In this document: piece after piece, positions 1 through 9,908 of the stretch
Layout: every line of letters begins with the position of its first letter
Position numbering within the stretch: the stretch's first letter is position 1
From: an uncultured Candidatus Melainabacteria bacterium
GTDB taxonomy: Bacteria > Cyanobacteriota > Vampirovibrionia > Gastranaerophilales > Gastranaerophilaceae
Direction: 5' to 3'
Length of the DNA stretch: 64,000 bases
Assembly (NCBI GenBank): GCA_934718085.1
Contig: CAKUZL010000003.1
Location: forward strand, 76,962-140,961
Notes under the pieces: model-generated
Seen by the model: the letters and a program-made list of their open reading frames with translations, nothing else
What the model was told of the DNA's origin: nothing
The model's database searches: none
Made by a program: the position numbers and the translations under genes

Positions 1-9
1 GGAGAAATT

Positions 10-1005
10 ATGGCAGATTTACTTTTATACAAAATAGACGAATATAAAGAAGAATACAAAAAAATTTTTGCGGGTCTGTACAATGATTTTAAAATGAAGG
101 CGATGTCCCGCTACAAATTCGAGCTTGAACCTCTCGAGTACGAAGATTTTATAAGCTCGATTTCTTCCGGACTCTTAAAATGTCTGATTTTGTTCGAAGA
201 AAATTTTCCGACGGCGTTTTTGGTGTATACGACGGTAATTTCGGAGTCGATTGAGCTTAACATTATTCACTCGGTTTCGGACGAAAGCCGCAATAACAAG
301 ATGATGGTGTTGCTTGAAAAATTTCTCGAAATGACTCTCGAAGAGCGGAAGACAAAGCCCGTAACGTATCCTTTGACGGGTATTCAGGCGGATTTTTATC
401 CCTTTTTGACCGATTACGGATTCAAGTGCGTAAACCAATCGGTCATGAAATTCGATTTCTCGGACGAAGAGTCCGTGTCAAAAATAAGAAATCTGAGGCT
501 TCCCCCTTTGCCCGAAGGTTACGAAATCAGAACAAGTTGCGATTTTTCGGGCAAGAACACTGTCTCGTTGATTCTCGAAGCTTTCAACAACTCGTCGGAC
601 GCGCTTTTCGACGTACGATTCAAATCCCGTTCGGGCGTTAAAGATATCATATTTAAAATCGTCGGCGAAATCTACGGCGAATTTCTTCCCGAATGCACGT
701 CGGCTCTGTTTCGCAAAAACGAACTTATCGGCTTGTGCTTCGTAAATCTCACGAACTCCAAGATTGCAAACATTCCTATTCTCGCCGTCGCTAATAAGTA
801 CAAAAATCAAGGCTTCGGAACTCTTTTGCTGAAAAATTCGCTTGTCGAAGTCTATTCGTCGGTCATGAACGGGAAAAGGGCTCTGAAAGAATTAAACGCA
901 ACATGCGACAGGGATTTTCTCCCTGCTTACAAGGCGTATTTGTCCGTCGGGTTTAAAGAGGACGAGTTCTACAAACTCGCATACAAACCGAAAATATCGT
1001 CGTAG
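10..1005 (+). CDS. GNAT-family N-acetyltransferase (331 aa, two-lobed)
   Basis: GGAG lies 6 nt upstream of ATG(10). The C-terminal half carries the GNAT acetyl-CoA motif NKYKNQGFGTLLLKNSL (Q/RxxGxG/A). Confidence 0.6.
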   Translation: MADLLLYKIDEYKEEYKKIFAGLYNDFKMKAMSRYKFELEPLEYEDFISSISSGLLKCLILFEENFPTAFLVYTTVISESIELNIIHSVSDESRNNKMMVLLEKFLEMTLEERKTKPVTYPLTGIQADFYPFLTDYGFKCVNQSVMKFDFSDEESVSKIRNLRLPPLPEGYEIRTSCDFSGKNTVSLILEAFNNSSDALFDVRFKSRSGVKDIIFKIVGEIYGEFLPECTSALFRKNELIGLCFVNLTNSKIANIPILAVANKYKNQGFGTLLLKNSLVEVYSSVMNGKRALKELNATCDRDFLPAYKAYLSVGFKEDEFYKLAYKPKISS

Positions 1006-1016
1006 TTCGACTGTCG

Positions 1017-1220
1017 TCAATTATTACTCATGACAAGTCTGAATGTCGCAAGTTTTCTTATTGACAACATTTTATGGTATATCCTTTGCTTTTCCGCCAG
1101 TCTGAAAATCCTTATTATTCTGTCGATTTCACACTTGTCCCTGTAAGTTGCCAAAGAATATACATTTTTTTCGGGGTCCGCTATGATTCCCGTCAATGTA
1201 CTCATTTCTTTTTCGTTCAT
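1017..1220 (-). CDS. hypothetical small protein (67 aa)
   Basis: This is the only protein-like ORF in a 346-nt gap. A minus-strand TTGTTA-N17-TAATAT promoter-like signal lies upstream. There is no convincing SD and no recognisable family. Confidence 0.25.
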   Translation of the reverse strand: MNEKEMSTLTGIIADPEKNVYSLATYRDKCEIDRIIRIFRLAEKQRIYHKMLSIRKLATFRLVMSNN

Positions 1221-1351
1221 GATTTAACCCGTTTTCCCTTGGTATATTATTATAAAGTATTTTTCTTAACAAAAATTGCCTCTTTTTCGTTTTTATGTTA
1301 AGAATTGTGTAGTCGAATTTTTATAATTTTTATATAAAAGGCAGGTATAGC

Positions 1352-1789
1352 GTGATTATTGATGATTTAAACAATATAGAAAAGTACTCGGATGTTATTC
1401 CGAGCTTCGGGAAGGTTTTCGAATTTATGAAAACCGTCGACATTTTTAATCTCGAGCCCGGCAGACATGAGGTTTGCGAAAATATTTATCTGAATGTAGA
1501 TGAATATGAGACAAAAGAGAATTCGATACCCGAGGTTCATCGCAGATATGCGGATATTCAGATAGTTTTGAGCGGAACAGAACAAATCGGATACGGCGGA
1601 ATTTGCGATAATTTCGAAGGGTATGACGAAGCTCGCGATATTTTGTTTTTAAAGGCGGATTGTGATTTTGTGAAGGCTGATAAAACAAGGTTTTTTATGT
1701 TTTATCCCGGTGAAATCCATCAACCGTGCATGACTCGCAACGAAAAATCAAAAATCAAAAAAGCAGTTTTTAAAATATTGTGCGAATAA
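1352..1789 (+). CDS. YhcH/YjgK/YiaL (DUF386, EbgC-like) family protein
   Basis: The GTG start matches the family N-terminus. Motifs LEPGRHEV, PEVHRRYADIQIVLSGTEQIGYG and FYPGEIHQP resemble E. coli YiaL/YhcH (recalled from memory). Confidence 0.75.
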   Translation: MIIDDLNNIEKYSDVIPSFGKVFEFMKTVDIFNLEPGRHEVCENIYLNVDEYETKENSIPEVHRRYADIQIVLSGTEQIGYGGICDNFEGYDEARDILFLKADCDFVKADKTRFFMFYPGEIHQPCMTRNEKSKIKKAVFKILCE

Positions 1790-1901
1790 ATTCGTCGAGT
1801 TTCGACGACAACAATGCTTCGGTGCAATTTGAAGTAAATAACCGCAGCTCTCAGGTTCCTGATTTTTATTTTCGTATTACGTCGGGCGGTTTGGCGAATA
1901 C

Positions 1902-2954
1902 TTAAAAAAGCGATTGTTGCGGGCTTTCGAGGTTCAATATTTTAGCGGCGTAGGGGGTGATTTTTCGTCCTCCCGGCGTGCGCTGAATAAATCCTTCCTG
2001 CAAAAGATAGGGTTCGTAAACTTCTTCGATGGTTTTTGCGTCTTCTCCGAGTGCTGCGGCAAGCGTGTTAAGCCCGACCGGCCCACCGTTGTATTTTTCC
2101 GCAATAACAGAAAGAAGGCTTCTGTCCGTCGTGTCGAGCCCGTATCTGTCGATATTCAGCGAGTCTAAAGCTTCGCATGCGATTTTTTTGTTTATTTTAC
2201 CGTCCGATTTTACGATTGCGTAGTCTGCAACACGCTTTATCAGGCGGTTTGCAATTCTCGGGGTTCCTCTCGAACGTCTTGCCGTTTCAGCGGCTCCCTC
2301 GTCATCGATTTCGACGTTAATAATTTTTGCGGTACGTTTTACGACCAACGCCAATTCTTCGGGCGTGTAAAACTCAAGCTTGTGAATTATTCCGAATCTG
2401 TCGCGCAACGGTCCCGACAGTGCGCCCGCTTTTGTCGTTGCTCCTATAAGCGTGAATTTCGGTACGGGTACCCGTAAAGTCTTTAACGATGCACCTTTTC
2501 CCGTTGTCATATCAAGAGTGAAATCTTCCATTACGGGATATAAAATTTCTTCGGCAATTTTGTTCAGACGGTGAATTTCGTCGATGAACAGGATTTCGCC
2601 TTGCGAAAGTGACATAATTATTCCGATAATGTCTCTCGGACGTTCGAGCGCGGGTGCCGACGTAATTTTAATTTCGCTGTTCGTTTCGTTTGCTATAACG
2701 CATGCAAGAGTAGTTTTCCCGAGCCCGGGCGGTCCGTAAAATAAAAGGTGGTCAAGCGGCGTTCCTCGTTTTTTCGATGCTTCCAACGAAATTTTTAAAG
2801 TTTTCGTAAGATTTGACTGTCCGATGTACGAGTCAAAAGTTTTCGGTCGAATTTGTGCCTCGAAATTTTTGTCGCAAGGCTCTTTGTTTGCCGATAAATT
2901 TTTATCGTTCTTTTTCGGCGGCAGTATAAAATCGTCGTCTTCAGTAATAATCAT
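1902..2954 (-). CDS. ruvB: Holliday junction branch-migration ATPase RuvB
   Basis: Walker A is [15 protein letters not shown]. The protein has an AAA+ core and the C-terminal winged-helix region [18 protein letters not shown]. Confidence 0.95.
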   Translation of the reverse strand: MIITEDDDFILPPKKNDKNLSANKEPCDKNFEAQIRPKTFDSYIGQSNLTKTLKISLEASKKRGTPLDHLLFYGPPGLGKTTLACVIANETNSEIKITSAPALERPRDIIGIIMSLSQGEILFIDEIHRLNKIAEEILYPVMEDFTLDMTTGKGASLKTLRVPVPKFTLIGATTKAGALSGPLRDRFGIIHKLEFYTPEELALVVKRTAKIINVEIDDEGAAETARRSRGTPRIANRLIKRVADYAIVKSDGKINKKIACEALDSLNIDRYGLDTTDRSLLSVIAEKYNGGPVGLNTLAAALGEDAKTIEEVYEPYLLQEGFIQRTPGGRKITPYAAKILNLESPQQSLF

Positions 2955-2961
2955 ATTCTAT

Positions 2962-2991
2962 ATTGTACATCGATGACCGACAATTTTTCAA
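2962..2991 (-). promoter_or_regulatory. sigma70-type promoter of ruvB (TTGAAA-N18-TACAAT); the -10 ends 7 nt before the ATG
   Basis: The minus strand reads TTGAAA AATTGTCGGTCATCGATG TACAAT ATAGAAT ATG(2954). There is no SD in the 7-nt gap. Confidence 0.45.
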
Positions 2992-2995
2992 CTTT

Positions 2996-3025
2996 TTGAA
3001 AAATTTTTATGAGTTGTGGTAAAAT
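2996..3025 (+). promoter_or_regulatory. sigma70-type promoter of rluB with extended -10 (TTGAAA-N18-TGgTAAAAT); the -10 ends 6 nt before the ATG
   Basis: TTGAAA is at 2996-3001, TG at 3017-3018 and TAAAAT at 3020-3025, followed by CGAATT and ATG(3032). There is no SD. Confidence 0.5.
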
Positions 3026-3031
3026 CGAATT

Positions 3032-3781
3032 ATGAAAGACGAGAAAATAAGGTTAAATAAATTTATCGCGTCGACGGGTTTATGCTCGAGACGTGACGCT
3101 GACAAGCTTATCGAAGCCGGAAAAGTTCTTGTGAACGGCGAAAAAGTTACCGACTTCTCCTTAAAAGTTTCGAGAAAAGACAAAATCAAAGTTGCGGGAA
3201 AAGATATTTCAAAAAAAGATTTTGTTTACATAAGGTATTACAAGCCTGCGGGCTACATTACGACCTGCGATGACGAAAAAGGTCGCAAAACGATTTATGA
3301 CGTTCTGCCTCCCGAGGTTGCGGGATTAAAGCCTGTCGGACGTTTGGACAAAGACTCGACCGGTCTTTTGATTATGACCAACGACGGTGATTTGATTAAC
3401 AAAATGACCCACCCTCGGATAAAAATTCCGAAAGTTTATCGCGTCGAAGTCGAAGGAAAAATAAAACATTCCGACCTTGTAAAATGGGAAGAAGGGCTCG
3501 TTCTCGATGACGAAAAAACCGCGTTCGCGTACGCTTATGTGCTTGAATTTAAGCCCTCTTCGACCGTTTTGAGCGTAACATTGTTCCAGGGCTTGAACAG
3601 GCAAATTCGGAAAATGGCTGACTTAATAAAACATCCCGTAATTTCGCTCAAACGTGTTCGCCACGGTTGCGTAGACTTAACGGGGCTGAAAAAAGGAGCG
3701 TTCAAATACATTAAGCCTGCTCAGTTGAAAGAATTAAAAGCTTATTTGAAAAAAGCCGAAAAGGAAAGTGAAAAATCATGA
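3032..3781 (+). CDS. rluB: RsuA/RluB-family pseudouridine synthase with S4 domain
   Basis: The S4 domain is [30 protein letters not shown]. The catalytic motif is [17 protein letters not shown]. Confidence 0.85.
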   Translation: MKDEKIRLNKFIASTGLCSRRDADKLIEAGKVLVNGEKVTDFSLKVSRKDKIKVAGKDISKKDFVYIRYYKPAGYITTCDDEKGRKTIYDVLPPEVAGLKPVGRLDKDSTGLLIMTNDGDLINKMTHPRIKIPKVYRVEVEGKIKHSDLVKWEEGLVLDDEKTAFAYAYVLEFKPSSTVLSVTLFQGLNRQIRKMADLIKHPVISLKRVRHGCVDLTGLKKGAFKYIKPAQLKELKAYLKKAEKESEKS

Positions 3782-4728
3782 AGAAAATATTGGTCACGGG
3801 CGGAGCGGGATTTATCGGCTCTAATTTGTGCAAAAGACTTGTCGAAGAAGGGCATTTCGTAATTTGTCTTGACAATTTGTTTACCGGCAGAAAAGAAAAT
3901 ATCGAACCTCTCGAAAATTGTGAAAATTTCAGGTTCGTTTTGCATGACGTAACCGAACCTTACGATTTTGAAGTCGACGAAATTTATAATTTGGCATGCC
4001 CCGCAAGTCCTCCGGCTTATCAAAAAGATCCCGTAAAAACTTTGAACACCTCGATTTTCGGAATAATTCACGCCCTCGAGCTTGCAAAAAAATATAACGC
4101 TAAGCTGCTGCAAACTTCGACAAGCGAAGTTTACGGAAATCCGCTTGTTCACCCGCAACAAGAGTCTTATTTCGGAAATGTCAATCCGGTGGGGCTCAGA
4201 AGCTGTTACGATGAAGGAAAACGTTGTGCCGAAACTTATATTCACGATTATCGCGCAAAATACGGTATCGACACGAAGATTGTCCGTATTTTTAATACTT
4301 ACGGCGTAAATATGGACGAATTCGACGGCAGGGTCGTTTCGAATTTTATCGTTCAGGCACTTGAAAACAAGGACATCACGATTTACGGCGACGGTTCGCA
4401 AACCCGCTCGTTCTGCTACGTTGACGATTTGGTCGAAGGCTTGGTAAAAATGATGAATAACGATAAAGATTTTCACGGACCCGTCAATTTGGGAAATCCC
4501 GCAGAATACACTGTTTCCGAGCTTGCGGAAAAAATTATCGGGATGACAAAATCGACTTCAAAAACCGTTTTTATGCCTTTACCGTCCGATGATCCCGTCA
4601 AGCGCCGCCCGGATATTACTCTTGCGGGAAAAATGCTCGGATGGAAGCCCGAAATTTCGCCCGACGAAGGTCTTTTGAAAACGATAAGATATTTTGCGAA
4701 CCTGAAAAATATAAAATTTAAAAGTTGA
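3778..4728 (+). CDS. uxs: UDP-glucuronate decarboxylase (UDP-xylose synthase), extended SDR
   Basis: The Rossmann motif is [10 protein letters not shown] and the YxxxK motif is YDEGKRCAE. The protein is UXS-like along its whole length. ATGA start/stop overlap with rluB. Confidence 0.85.
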   Translation: MKKILVTGGAGFIGSNLCKRLVEEGHFVICLDNLFTGRKENIEPLENCENFRFVLHDVTEPYDFEVDEIYNLACPASPPAYQKDPVKTLNTSIFGIIHALELAKKYNAKLLQTSTSEVYGNPLVHPQQESYFGNVNPVGLRSCYDEGKRCAETYIHDYRAKYGIDTKIVRIFNTYGVNMDEFDGRVVSNFIVQALENKDITIYGDGSQTRSFCYVDDLVEGLVKMMNNDKDFHGPVNLGNPAEYTVSELAEKIIGMTKSTSKTVFMPLPSDDPVKRRPDITLAGKMLGWKPEISPDEGLLKTIRYFANLKNIKFKS

Positions 4729-4993
4729 ATCGGTTTTGTATTTTTGCGAAACAATATGTAACAGATGTTCTTGACAGTACAGCCGACAGGTTTTGCGGAA
4801 TTTTTAATTACGTAATTCTGTGAATTTTGCGGCATTCCCTTTTTGATTCGGAGTGTTTTGTCGGGGTATTTTTTGCGGTTTGTAGTCCGCATCGCGTAAG
4901 TACGTGAATATTTTTCGACCGGGTCGTTCGCAGACTATATCGAAAAACTCGGAATATCCCGTTTTACGCGAACAAAGTCGCGCTTTCGGTGAT

Positions 4994-6379
4994 TTAAAAC
5001 GTCATTCTTTCTTTAAGTCGTTCCGCCGAATCTTCGTATCCCGTTCTGCCCATAAGCGCATAGGTGTAGTCTTTCGACAAATCCGTACCCGGCTGTGAAA
5101 ACGGGTCGATGTTATAGAGTTCGCCTGTTATCGCCGTTTGTATCTGCAACATGTACAAAAGTTGCGCGAGACAATATTCGTTGATTTTCGGTATTGTTAT
5201 GCAAACGTTCGGACGCGAATAGTCCGTAAGCGTCGTTTCCGTTGCGTGAGATTCGGCATTGATAAGATCGTTCACGGTTTTTCCGCAAAGATAATTTATT
5301 CCCGTGTACTCAAAAATCGTCGGAATTTGAAGTACCGTGTCAAATTCTTTTACCCGAACGAACGTAATAACCTTGTTGTTGGGGCCTTCCGTGAAAAGTT
5401 GAAGCTGCGTGTGTTGGTCGCTGCAGCCGGTAGCTTTCATCGGCGTTTGCCCCGAATTTATTCGGTTTCCCGCGCGATCATATTCTTTTCCGAGAGATTC
5501 CGACCATAAATGTACGTACCAGTCCGCAAAAAGCTTTAATCTCGACGAATACGGCATCATGACCGAAATATTTTTCCCGTGCCTTGTGTCGAGCAAATAA
5601 TGTATCAAAGCGTTTTGTGCCGCGATATTTTGGCGAATGTCCGTGTTTTTCAAAATGACGTCCATGTCCTTGACGCCTTTGATAATTTCGTCGATATTCA
5701 GACCCGCAATTGCCGCGGGAAGCAATCCGACGGGCGAAAATACCGAAAATCTTCCGCCGACGTCGTCCGGAAATTCAAATGTTTTGTAGCCTTCCTGATT
5801 TGCAAGTTGGCGTAAAATACCGCGTTGATTGTCCGTCGTGACGGCAACGTTCATTCGATAGTCATCACCGAGCTCTTTTTCGAGTCGGTCTTTAATTATC
5901 ATAAATTGCGCCATTGTTTCCGCGGTTTGACCCGATTTTGTTATGACGTTCACCAACGTCTTTTTTAAATCCAAAATGTCCAAAAGCGCGCTTATTCGGT
6001 CGGGATCAACATTTTCCATAAAGAAAACTTTCGGAAAATTTTTGCGTTCTTCTTTTGTCCGGCTGTTCCAAAACGGAGGCAACAGTGATTCGCAAAGCGC
6101 TTTTCCCGCAAGCGACGAGCCGCCGATTCCGAGCACCAAAAGGTTGTCGAAACGCTCGTTTATCATCGCCGCGTATTCCTTGATGTACCACAAAGTTTCC
6201 TCGTTGTACGCGGAATTCATCCATTGCAGCCACTGTCCAGGCTTGTCTTTGTTCGAATTCAGGTTCAGAATGATTTGCTTAATCTGCTCCGAGTATTTGT
6301 CGAACTCTTCTTCGATGTTCAAGCCGTGGTCAGCGCCGATAATATCACTTTTTATGTTTCTGTACGAAAATTCGGTCAT
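4994..6379 (-). CDS. pgi: glucose-6-phosphate isomerase
   Basis: PGI signatures LVLGIGGSSLAGKAL and DVGGRFSVFSPVGLLPAA are present. GGAG SD lies upstream. Confidence 0.9.
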   Translation of the reverse strand: MTEFSYRNIKSDIIGADHGLNIEEEFDKYSEQIKQIILNLNSNKDKPGQWLQWMNSAYNEETLWYIKEYAAMINERFDNLLVLGIGGSSLAGKALCESLLPPFWNSRTKEERKNFPKVFFMENVDPDRISALLDILDLKKTLVNVITKSGQTAETMAQFMIIKDRLEKELGDDYRMNVAVTTDNQRGILRQLANQEGYKTFEFPDDVGGRFSVFSPVGLLPAAIAGLNIDEIIKGVKDMDVILKNTDIRQNIAAQNALIHYLLDTRHGKNISVMMPYSSRLKLFADWYVHLWSESLGKEYDRAGNRINSGQTPMKATGCSDQHTQLQLFTEGPNNKVITFVRVKEFDTVLQIPTIFEYTGINYLCGKTVNDLINAESHATETTLTDYSRPNVCITIPKINEYCLAQLLYMLQIQTAITGELYNIDPFSQPGTDLSKDYTYALMGRTGYEDSAERLKERMTF

Positions 6380-6447
6380 TTTTTCACACTCCGTTTAACT
6401 GTTTTATACCAAAAAAAACAATATTTTATAAGTGTAAATGAGTGTTT

Positions 6448-6465
6448 TGTAAATTAATATTTACA
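6448..6465. promoter_or_regulatory. 18-bp inverted repeat TGTAAAT-TAAT-ATTTACA overlapping the thiL -35
   Basis: The arms are perfect 7-bp matches at 6448-6454 and 6459-6465. A third direct TGTAAAT copy lies at 6433-6439. Confidence 0.5.
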
Positions 6466-6488
6466 TTTATTTTGTTAAAGTTTAAAAT
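6460..6488 (+). promoter_or_regulatory. sigma70-type promoter of thiL (TTTACA-N17-TAAAAT); the -10 ends 6 nt before the ATG
   Basis: TTTACA is at 6460-6465 and TAAAAT at 6483-6488, followed by AACGGT and ATG(6495). There is no SD. Confidence 0.5.
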
Positions 6489-6494
6489 AACGGT

Positions 6495-7460
6495 ATGAAA
6501 GAGTTGGATTTTTTGAAAATCATTTCGGAAGAATTGACCGATAATTCGTTTATAGGGAACGATTGCGCGTATTTGTCCGATATCGACACATATATTACTC
6601 AAGATGCACTTGTCGAAAACGTTCATTTTTCGCTTGATTATACCTCTCCGTTTTTACTCGGACGAAAATCTTTGTCGGTTAACGTTAGCGATGTCGCGGC
6701 GGCGTTTGCAAAGCCCGAATACGCAAGTTTGAGTCTTTCTTTGCCGAAAGACGTTTCGGATGATTTTGTTCGCGAATTTTATCGCGGATTGAACGATGCC
6801 GCAACCGAGTACGGCGTGAAAATAACGGGCGGCGACATTACGGCGTCTTCCGAAATATCTGTTTCGATTTGTTTGCTCGGCAAAAAAGTTTTCGATTTTT
6901 CTACCGCAAGAAATTTTTTGAAACCCGGTGATTACGTTTTTTCGACCGGTTCGTACGGAGCCTCTTCCGCAGGATTTTACGGGCTTTCGCATGGTATTGA
7001 AGTTTCTTCCGATTTGTTGAATGCGCATTTGAATCCGCGGGCAAAAATTAAAGAAGTTTTCGATGCGGCATCTTTTGTTCACCAAAATATCGCCGCAATC
7101 GATACATCGGACGGATTTGCGGACGCTCTTATTCGTTTGGCTTCGGCTTCAAATGTCGATATCGAAGTCCGAAACGTTCCCGTATCCGAGAAAGTTTTGA
7201 ATTTTGCCGAAAAACAAGGTGTTTTGCCCGAAAAGTTCGTTCTTTGGGGCGGTGAAGACTACGAAGTGATTTTTGCAGTGCCCGAGGTCATCGCCGAAAA
7301 AATCTCTCACATTGAAGGGATTTCTCTTATCGGACGGGCATGCCGCGTTGCAAAAAATCCGAAAGTGTTCATAAATTTCAACAATCGCGATTTCGCTTGT
7401 GATTTTGAAACCTTAAAAACGGCGGGATTTAATCATTTCGGAGAAAACATCCATGGATAA
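6495..7460 (+). CDS. thiL: thiamine-monophosphate kinase
   Basis: AIR-synthase-like motifs GNDCAYL, NVSDVAAAFAKPEY, ITGGDIT and DTSDGFADAL are present. Confidence 0.8.
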   Translation: MKELDFLKIISEELTDNSFIGNDCAYLSDIDTYITQDALVENVHFSLDYTSPFLLGRKSLSVNVSDVAAAFAKPEYASLSLSLPKDVSDDFVREFYRGLNDAATEYGVKITGGDITASSEISVSICLLGKKVFDFSTARNFLKPGDYVFSTGSYGASSAGFYGLSHGIEVSSDLLNAHLNPRAKIKEVFDAASFVHQNIAAIDTSDGFADALIRLASASNVDIEVRNVPVSEKVLNFAEKQGVLPEKFVLWGGEDYEVIFAVPEVIAEKISHIEGISLIGRACRVAKNPKVFINFNNRDFACDFETLKTAGFNHFGENIHG

Positions 7461-8115
7461 AGTCAAAGTTATCATAACGGCAGGCGGAGTTTCGAGCCGC
7501 TACGGCAAAAACAAATTAACGGAAATATTGGCGGGAAAGCCCGTCATTGTACGTTCGGTAGAGGCTTTTACCTCTTTGGGGTATAATGTCGTCGTTACGG
7601 CTGCCGCGGCTTATATCGACGGTTATCGAGCTCTTTTTGACGGTAACTCTTCCGTAAAAATCGTACTCGGCGGCAGCACGCGCCAAGAATCGGTTTATAA
7701 CGGTTTGAAGGCTTGCGGCGCGTGCGAATTCGTCGTGATTCACGATGCCGCGCGCCCTTTAATTTCGAAATACGATATCGAAAATTGTCTTAATATCGCG
7801 TTCGATTGCGGCTCAGCGGTTCTGGGAGTCAAAACGACCGACACGATAAAAGTTCTCGACGAAAATATGAATATCATAGATACCCCCGACAGAAAAACTT
7901 TATTTAATGCTCAAACACCTCAAATTTTCAGATATTCCGAGCTTTTTACGGCTCACGAAAAATTTGCGAATACCTCCGGTTTTACCGACGATTCTTCGCT
8001 TGTTGAGGCTTGCAATATCCGTCCTAAGGCTGTTTGCGCCAAATTTCCGAACATCAAAATCACGGTTTCCGAAGACATAAAAATTGCCGAAAATATTATT
8101 TCATCCGGTTTGTAA
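7453..8115 (+). CDS. ispD: 2-C-methyl-D-erythritol 4-phosphate cytidylyltransferase
   Basis: The N-terminal loop is ITAGGVSSRYG..NKL and VIHDAARPL is present. 8-nt overlap with thiL. Confidence 0.85.
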   Translation: MDKVKVIITAGGVSSRYGKNKLTEILAGKPVIVRSVEAFTSLGYNVVVTAAAAYIDGYRALFDGNSSVKIVLGGSTRQESVYNGLKACGACEFVVIHDAARPLISKYDIENCLNIAFDCGSAVLGVKTTDTIKVLDENMNIIDTPDRKTLFNAQTPQIFRYSELFTAHEKFANTSGFTDDSSLVEACNIRPKAVCAKFPNIKITVSEDIKIAENIISSGL

Positions 8116-8204
8116 ATTTTTGTAAAAATTTATGCCGAAAGGGGCAATTTTTTGCGTTCAGGTGTTTTACTTTATCCGTGAGTAAGTGAACAGGCGGACG
8201 ATGT

Positions 8205-9740
8205 ATGGCAAATTCCAACGATATATCAATGTCGACACCCTCAAAAGGAGCGTTTCAGTCGATTTTTTACGTAAACGACATTCACGGACAATTGCCGAGA
8301 ATGGAACAGCTCATGACCGCGTCGAAACAGTTTGATACGTTCGTTAAGGAAAATAAGTCGGATTCTTTAAAACTCTCCGGAGGAGACAATTTTATCGGAT
8401 GCGACGAATCCGTTAATAATGCGGCAGCCGCGTTTTTGAATACGGCCGGCATTGAAGCCACTGCCGTCGGCAATCATGAATTTGACATGTCCGCATCCGT
8501 TCTTTCAAAAGTGGCGGATAACCTGAAAAACACCAAGCTCGTTGTGTCAAATTCCGTTATGCCCGCAAAATCTCCTTTATCGAAAAATCTGGTGACTTCG
8601 TTCGTCAAGACCGATAAAAGCGGGCAAAAATACGGGATTATAGGCATGCAGTCCCCCGAAATCAAAAACGCGCTTCGTGATCACGGGCTGATGGAAGGAC
8701 TTTCGATTGCGGGCGAACGCGAAAAATATCGACTTCTCCAAAAAGCCGTCGATAATCTTGAAAAACAAGGCGTCAATAAAATTATAGCGGTTTCGCATTC
8801 GGGGTTTGAAGAAGACAAAAAAACCGCGCGGAACGTCAGCGGAATCGACGTTATAATCGGCGGTCACACCCATAACCTGATAAAAGATATCAAACCCGGG
8901 CACAATCTTCAATATTCGCCGAAAGGCGAACCCGTAGTTATAACGCAGGCGGGCAAAGATGGTGCTCAATTCGGCATTTTAAACGTTACTTACGACGATA
9001 AAGGAATTATAACTTCCGCTCAAAACAATGTTTTAAAAACCGAAGATTACGGCAAGGATTTGGAAGCCGTTGCGCTGAACAATTCTTATGTCGGTAACGC
9101 AAATGTACTTGCAAATATTACGGAAACGCACAAACCGCCTAAGAAATTCAATGCTTCCGAATACGGATGTGCCGACAAAATGTGTGATATCATAAAAGAT
9201 GAAACCGGCGCAGACATTGTGCTTGTAAATTCGGGCAATTTCAGAGGCAGCATCAAGAAAGGTTCGTTTACCCAGCGTGACTTGAATTGTTTTATGCCGT
9301 TCGACAACAAAATGTTCAATGTTGAAATTAACGAAAAAGACCTCGTCGAAGCTTTAAAGCACGGCGCAACGACTGTTGCAAACCCCGACCTTAAGCCTTC
9401 GATTTTGCAGGTTTCCGGTTTGAAATACTCCGTAAATAAAGACGGCGAGTTGACGGCGGCATCTTTTGTCGATAAAAAAGGCGAAGAACATAAAATCGAC
9501 GTCAATAACCCCGACGAGAAAAAAACTTACGTCGCGGCTTACGACGAATACCTTCTCGGCGGCGGAGACGGCTTTAAATCGCTCAAAAAAGACGAAGACA
9601 AAATTTTGAAAAAATTTGAATGTGACAAGAGCAAAATTGTTTCGGAATACTTTAAGAAAAACGGCGTAAAAGATCTGTCTCTCGAAAAAGATAACCGTAT
9701 TTCTATTGATGATTCCGATGATGACGACGATGATGATTAG
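8205..9740 (+). CDS. bifunctional metallophosphatase/5'-nucleotidase
   Basis: Motifs NDIHGQ, GGDNF, GNHEFD and GGHTH are followed by a 5'-nucleotidase C-terminal domain. There is no N-terminal signal peptide. The C-terminus is DDSDDDDDDD. Confidence 0.8.
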   Translation: MANSNDISMSTPSKGAFQSIFYVNDIHGQLPRMEQLMTASKQFDTFVKENKSDSLKLSGGDNFIGCDESVNNAAAAFLNTAGIEATAVGNHEFDMSASVLSKVADNLKNTKLVVSNSVMPAKSPLSKNLVTSFVKTDKSGQKYGIIGMQSPEIKNALRDHGLMEGLSIAGEREKYRLLQKAVDNLEKQGVNKIIAVSHSGFEEDKKTARNVSGIDVIIGGHTHNLIKDIKPGHNLQYSPKGEPVVITQAGKDGAQFGILNVTYDDKGIITSAQNNVLKTEDYGKDLEAVALNNSYVGNANVLANITETHKPPKKFNASEYGCADKMCDIIKDETGADIVLVNSGNFRGSIKKGSFTQRDLNCFMPFDNKMFNVEINEKDLVEALKHGATTVANPDLKPSILQVSGLKYSVNKDGELTAASFVDKKGEEHKIDVNNPDEKKTYVAAYDEYLLGGGDGFKSLKKDEDKILKKFECDKSKIVSEYFKKNGVKDLSLEKDNRISIDDSDDDDDDD

Positions 9741-9908
9741 TTTCTTTTTTCGCCGGACAAATTGACTGACAACTTCGAACCATTCCGTTTTCGACAAAAC
9801 AATATTCTTGCGAATATGTCCGGTTTCGGCTGTTTAGCGGTTTTTACAATCGAATTTATTTGACACGATAATTTTTATTTTCTACGGGCATGATTCGTTT
9901 TTTCGGAC

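Noticed and set aside
1074-1301. A 75-aa plus-strand ORF in the 1006-1351 gap
   Set aside because: The composition is F/Y/V-rich nonsense with no SD. The minus-strand 67-aa ORF is the more protein-like alternative, and even that has low confidence.
4742-4877. TTTTGCG repeated four times in the 265-nt uxs/pgi convergent spacer, as a possible repeat element or sRNA
   Set aside because: The same heptamer is frequent inside coding regions throughout the window. The spacing is irregular (49, 34 and 46 nt). The TTGACA at 4771 has no matching -10.
9774-9781. TTCGAACC resembling a tRNA T-loop on the minus strand
   Set aside because: There are no complementary T-stem, acceptor or anticodon arms around it. 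I found no tRNA-like cloverleaf in any intergenic gap of the window.
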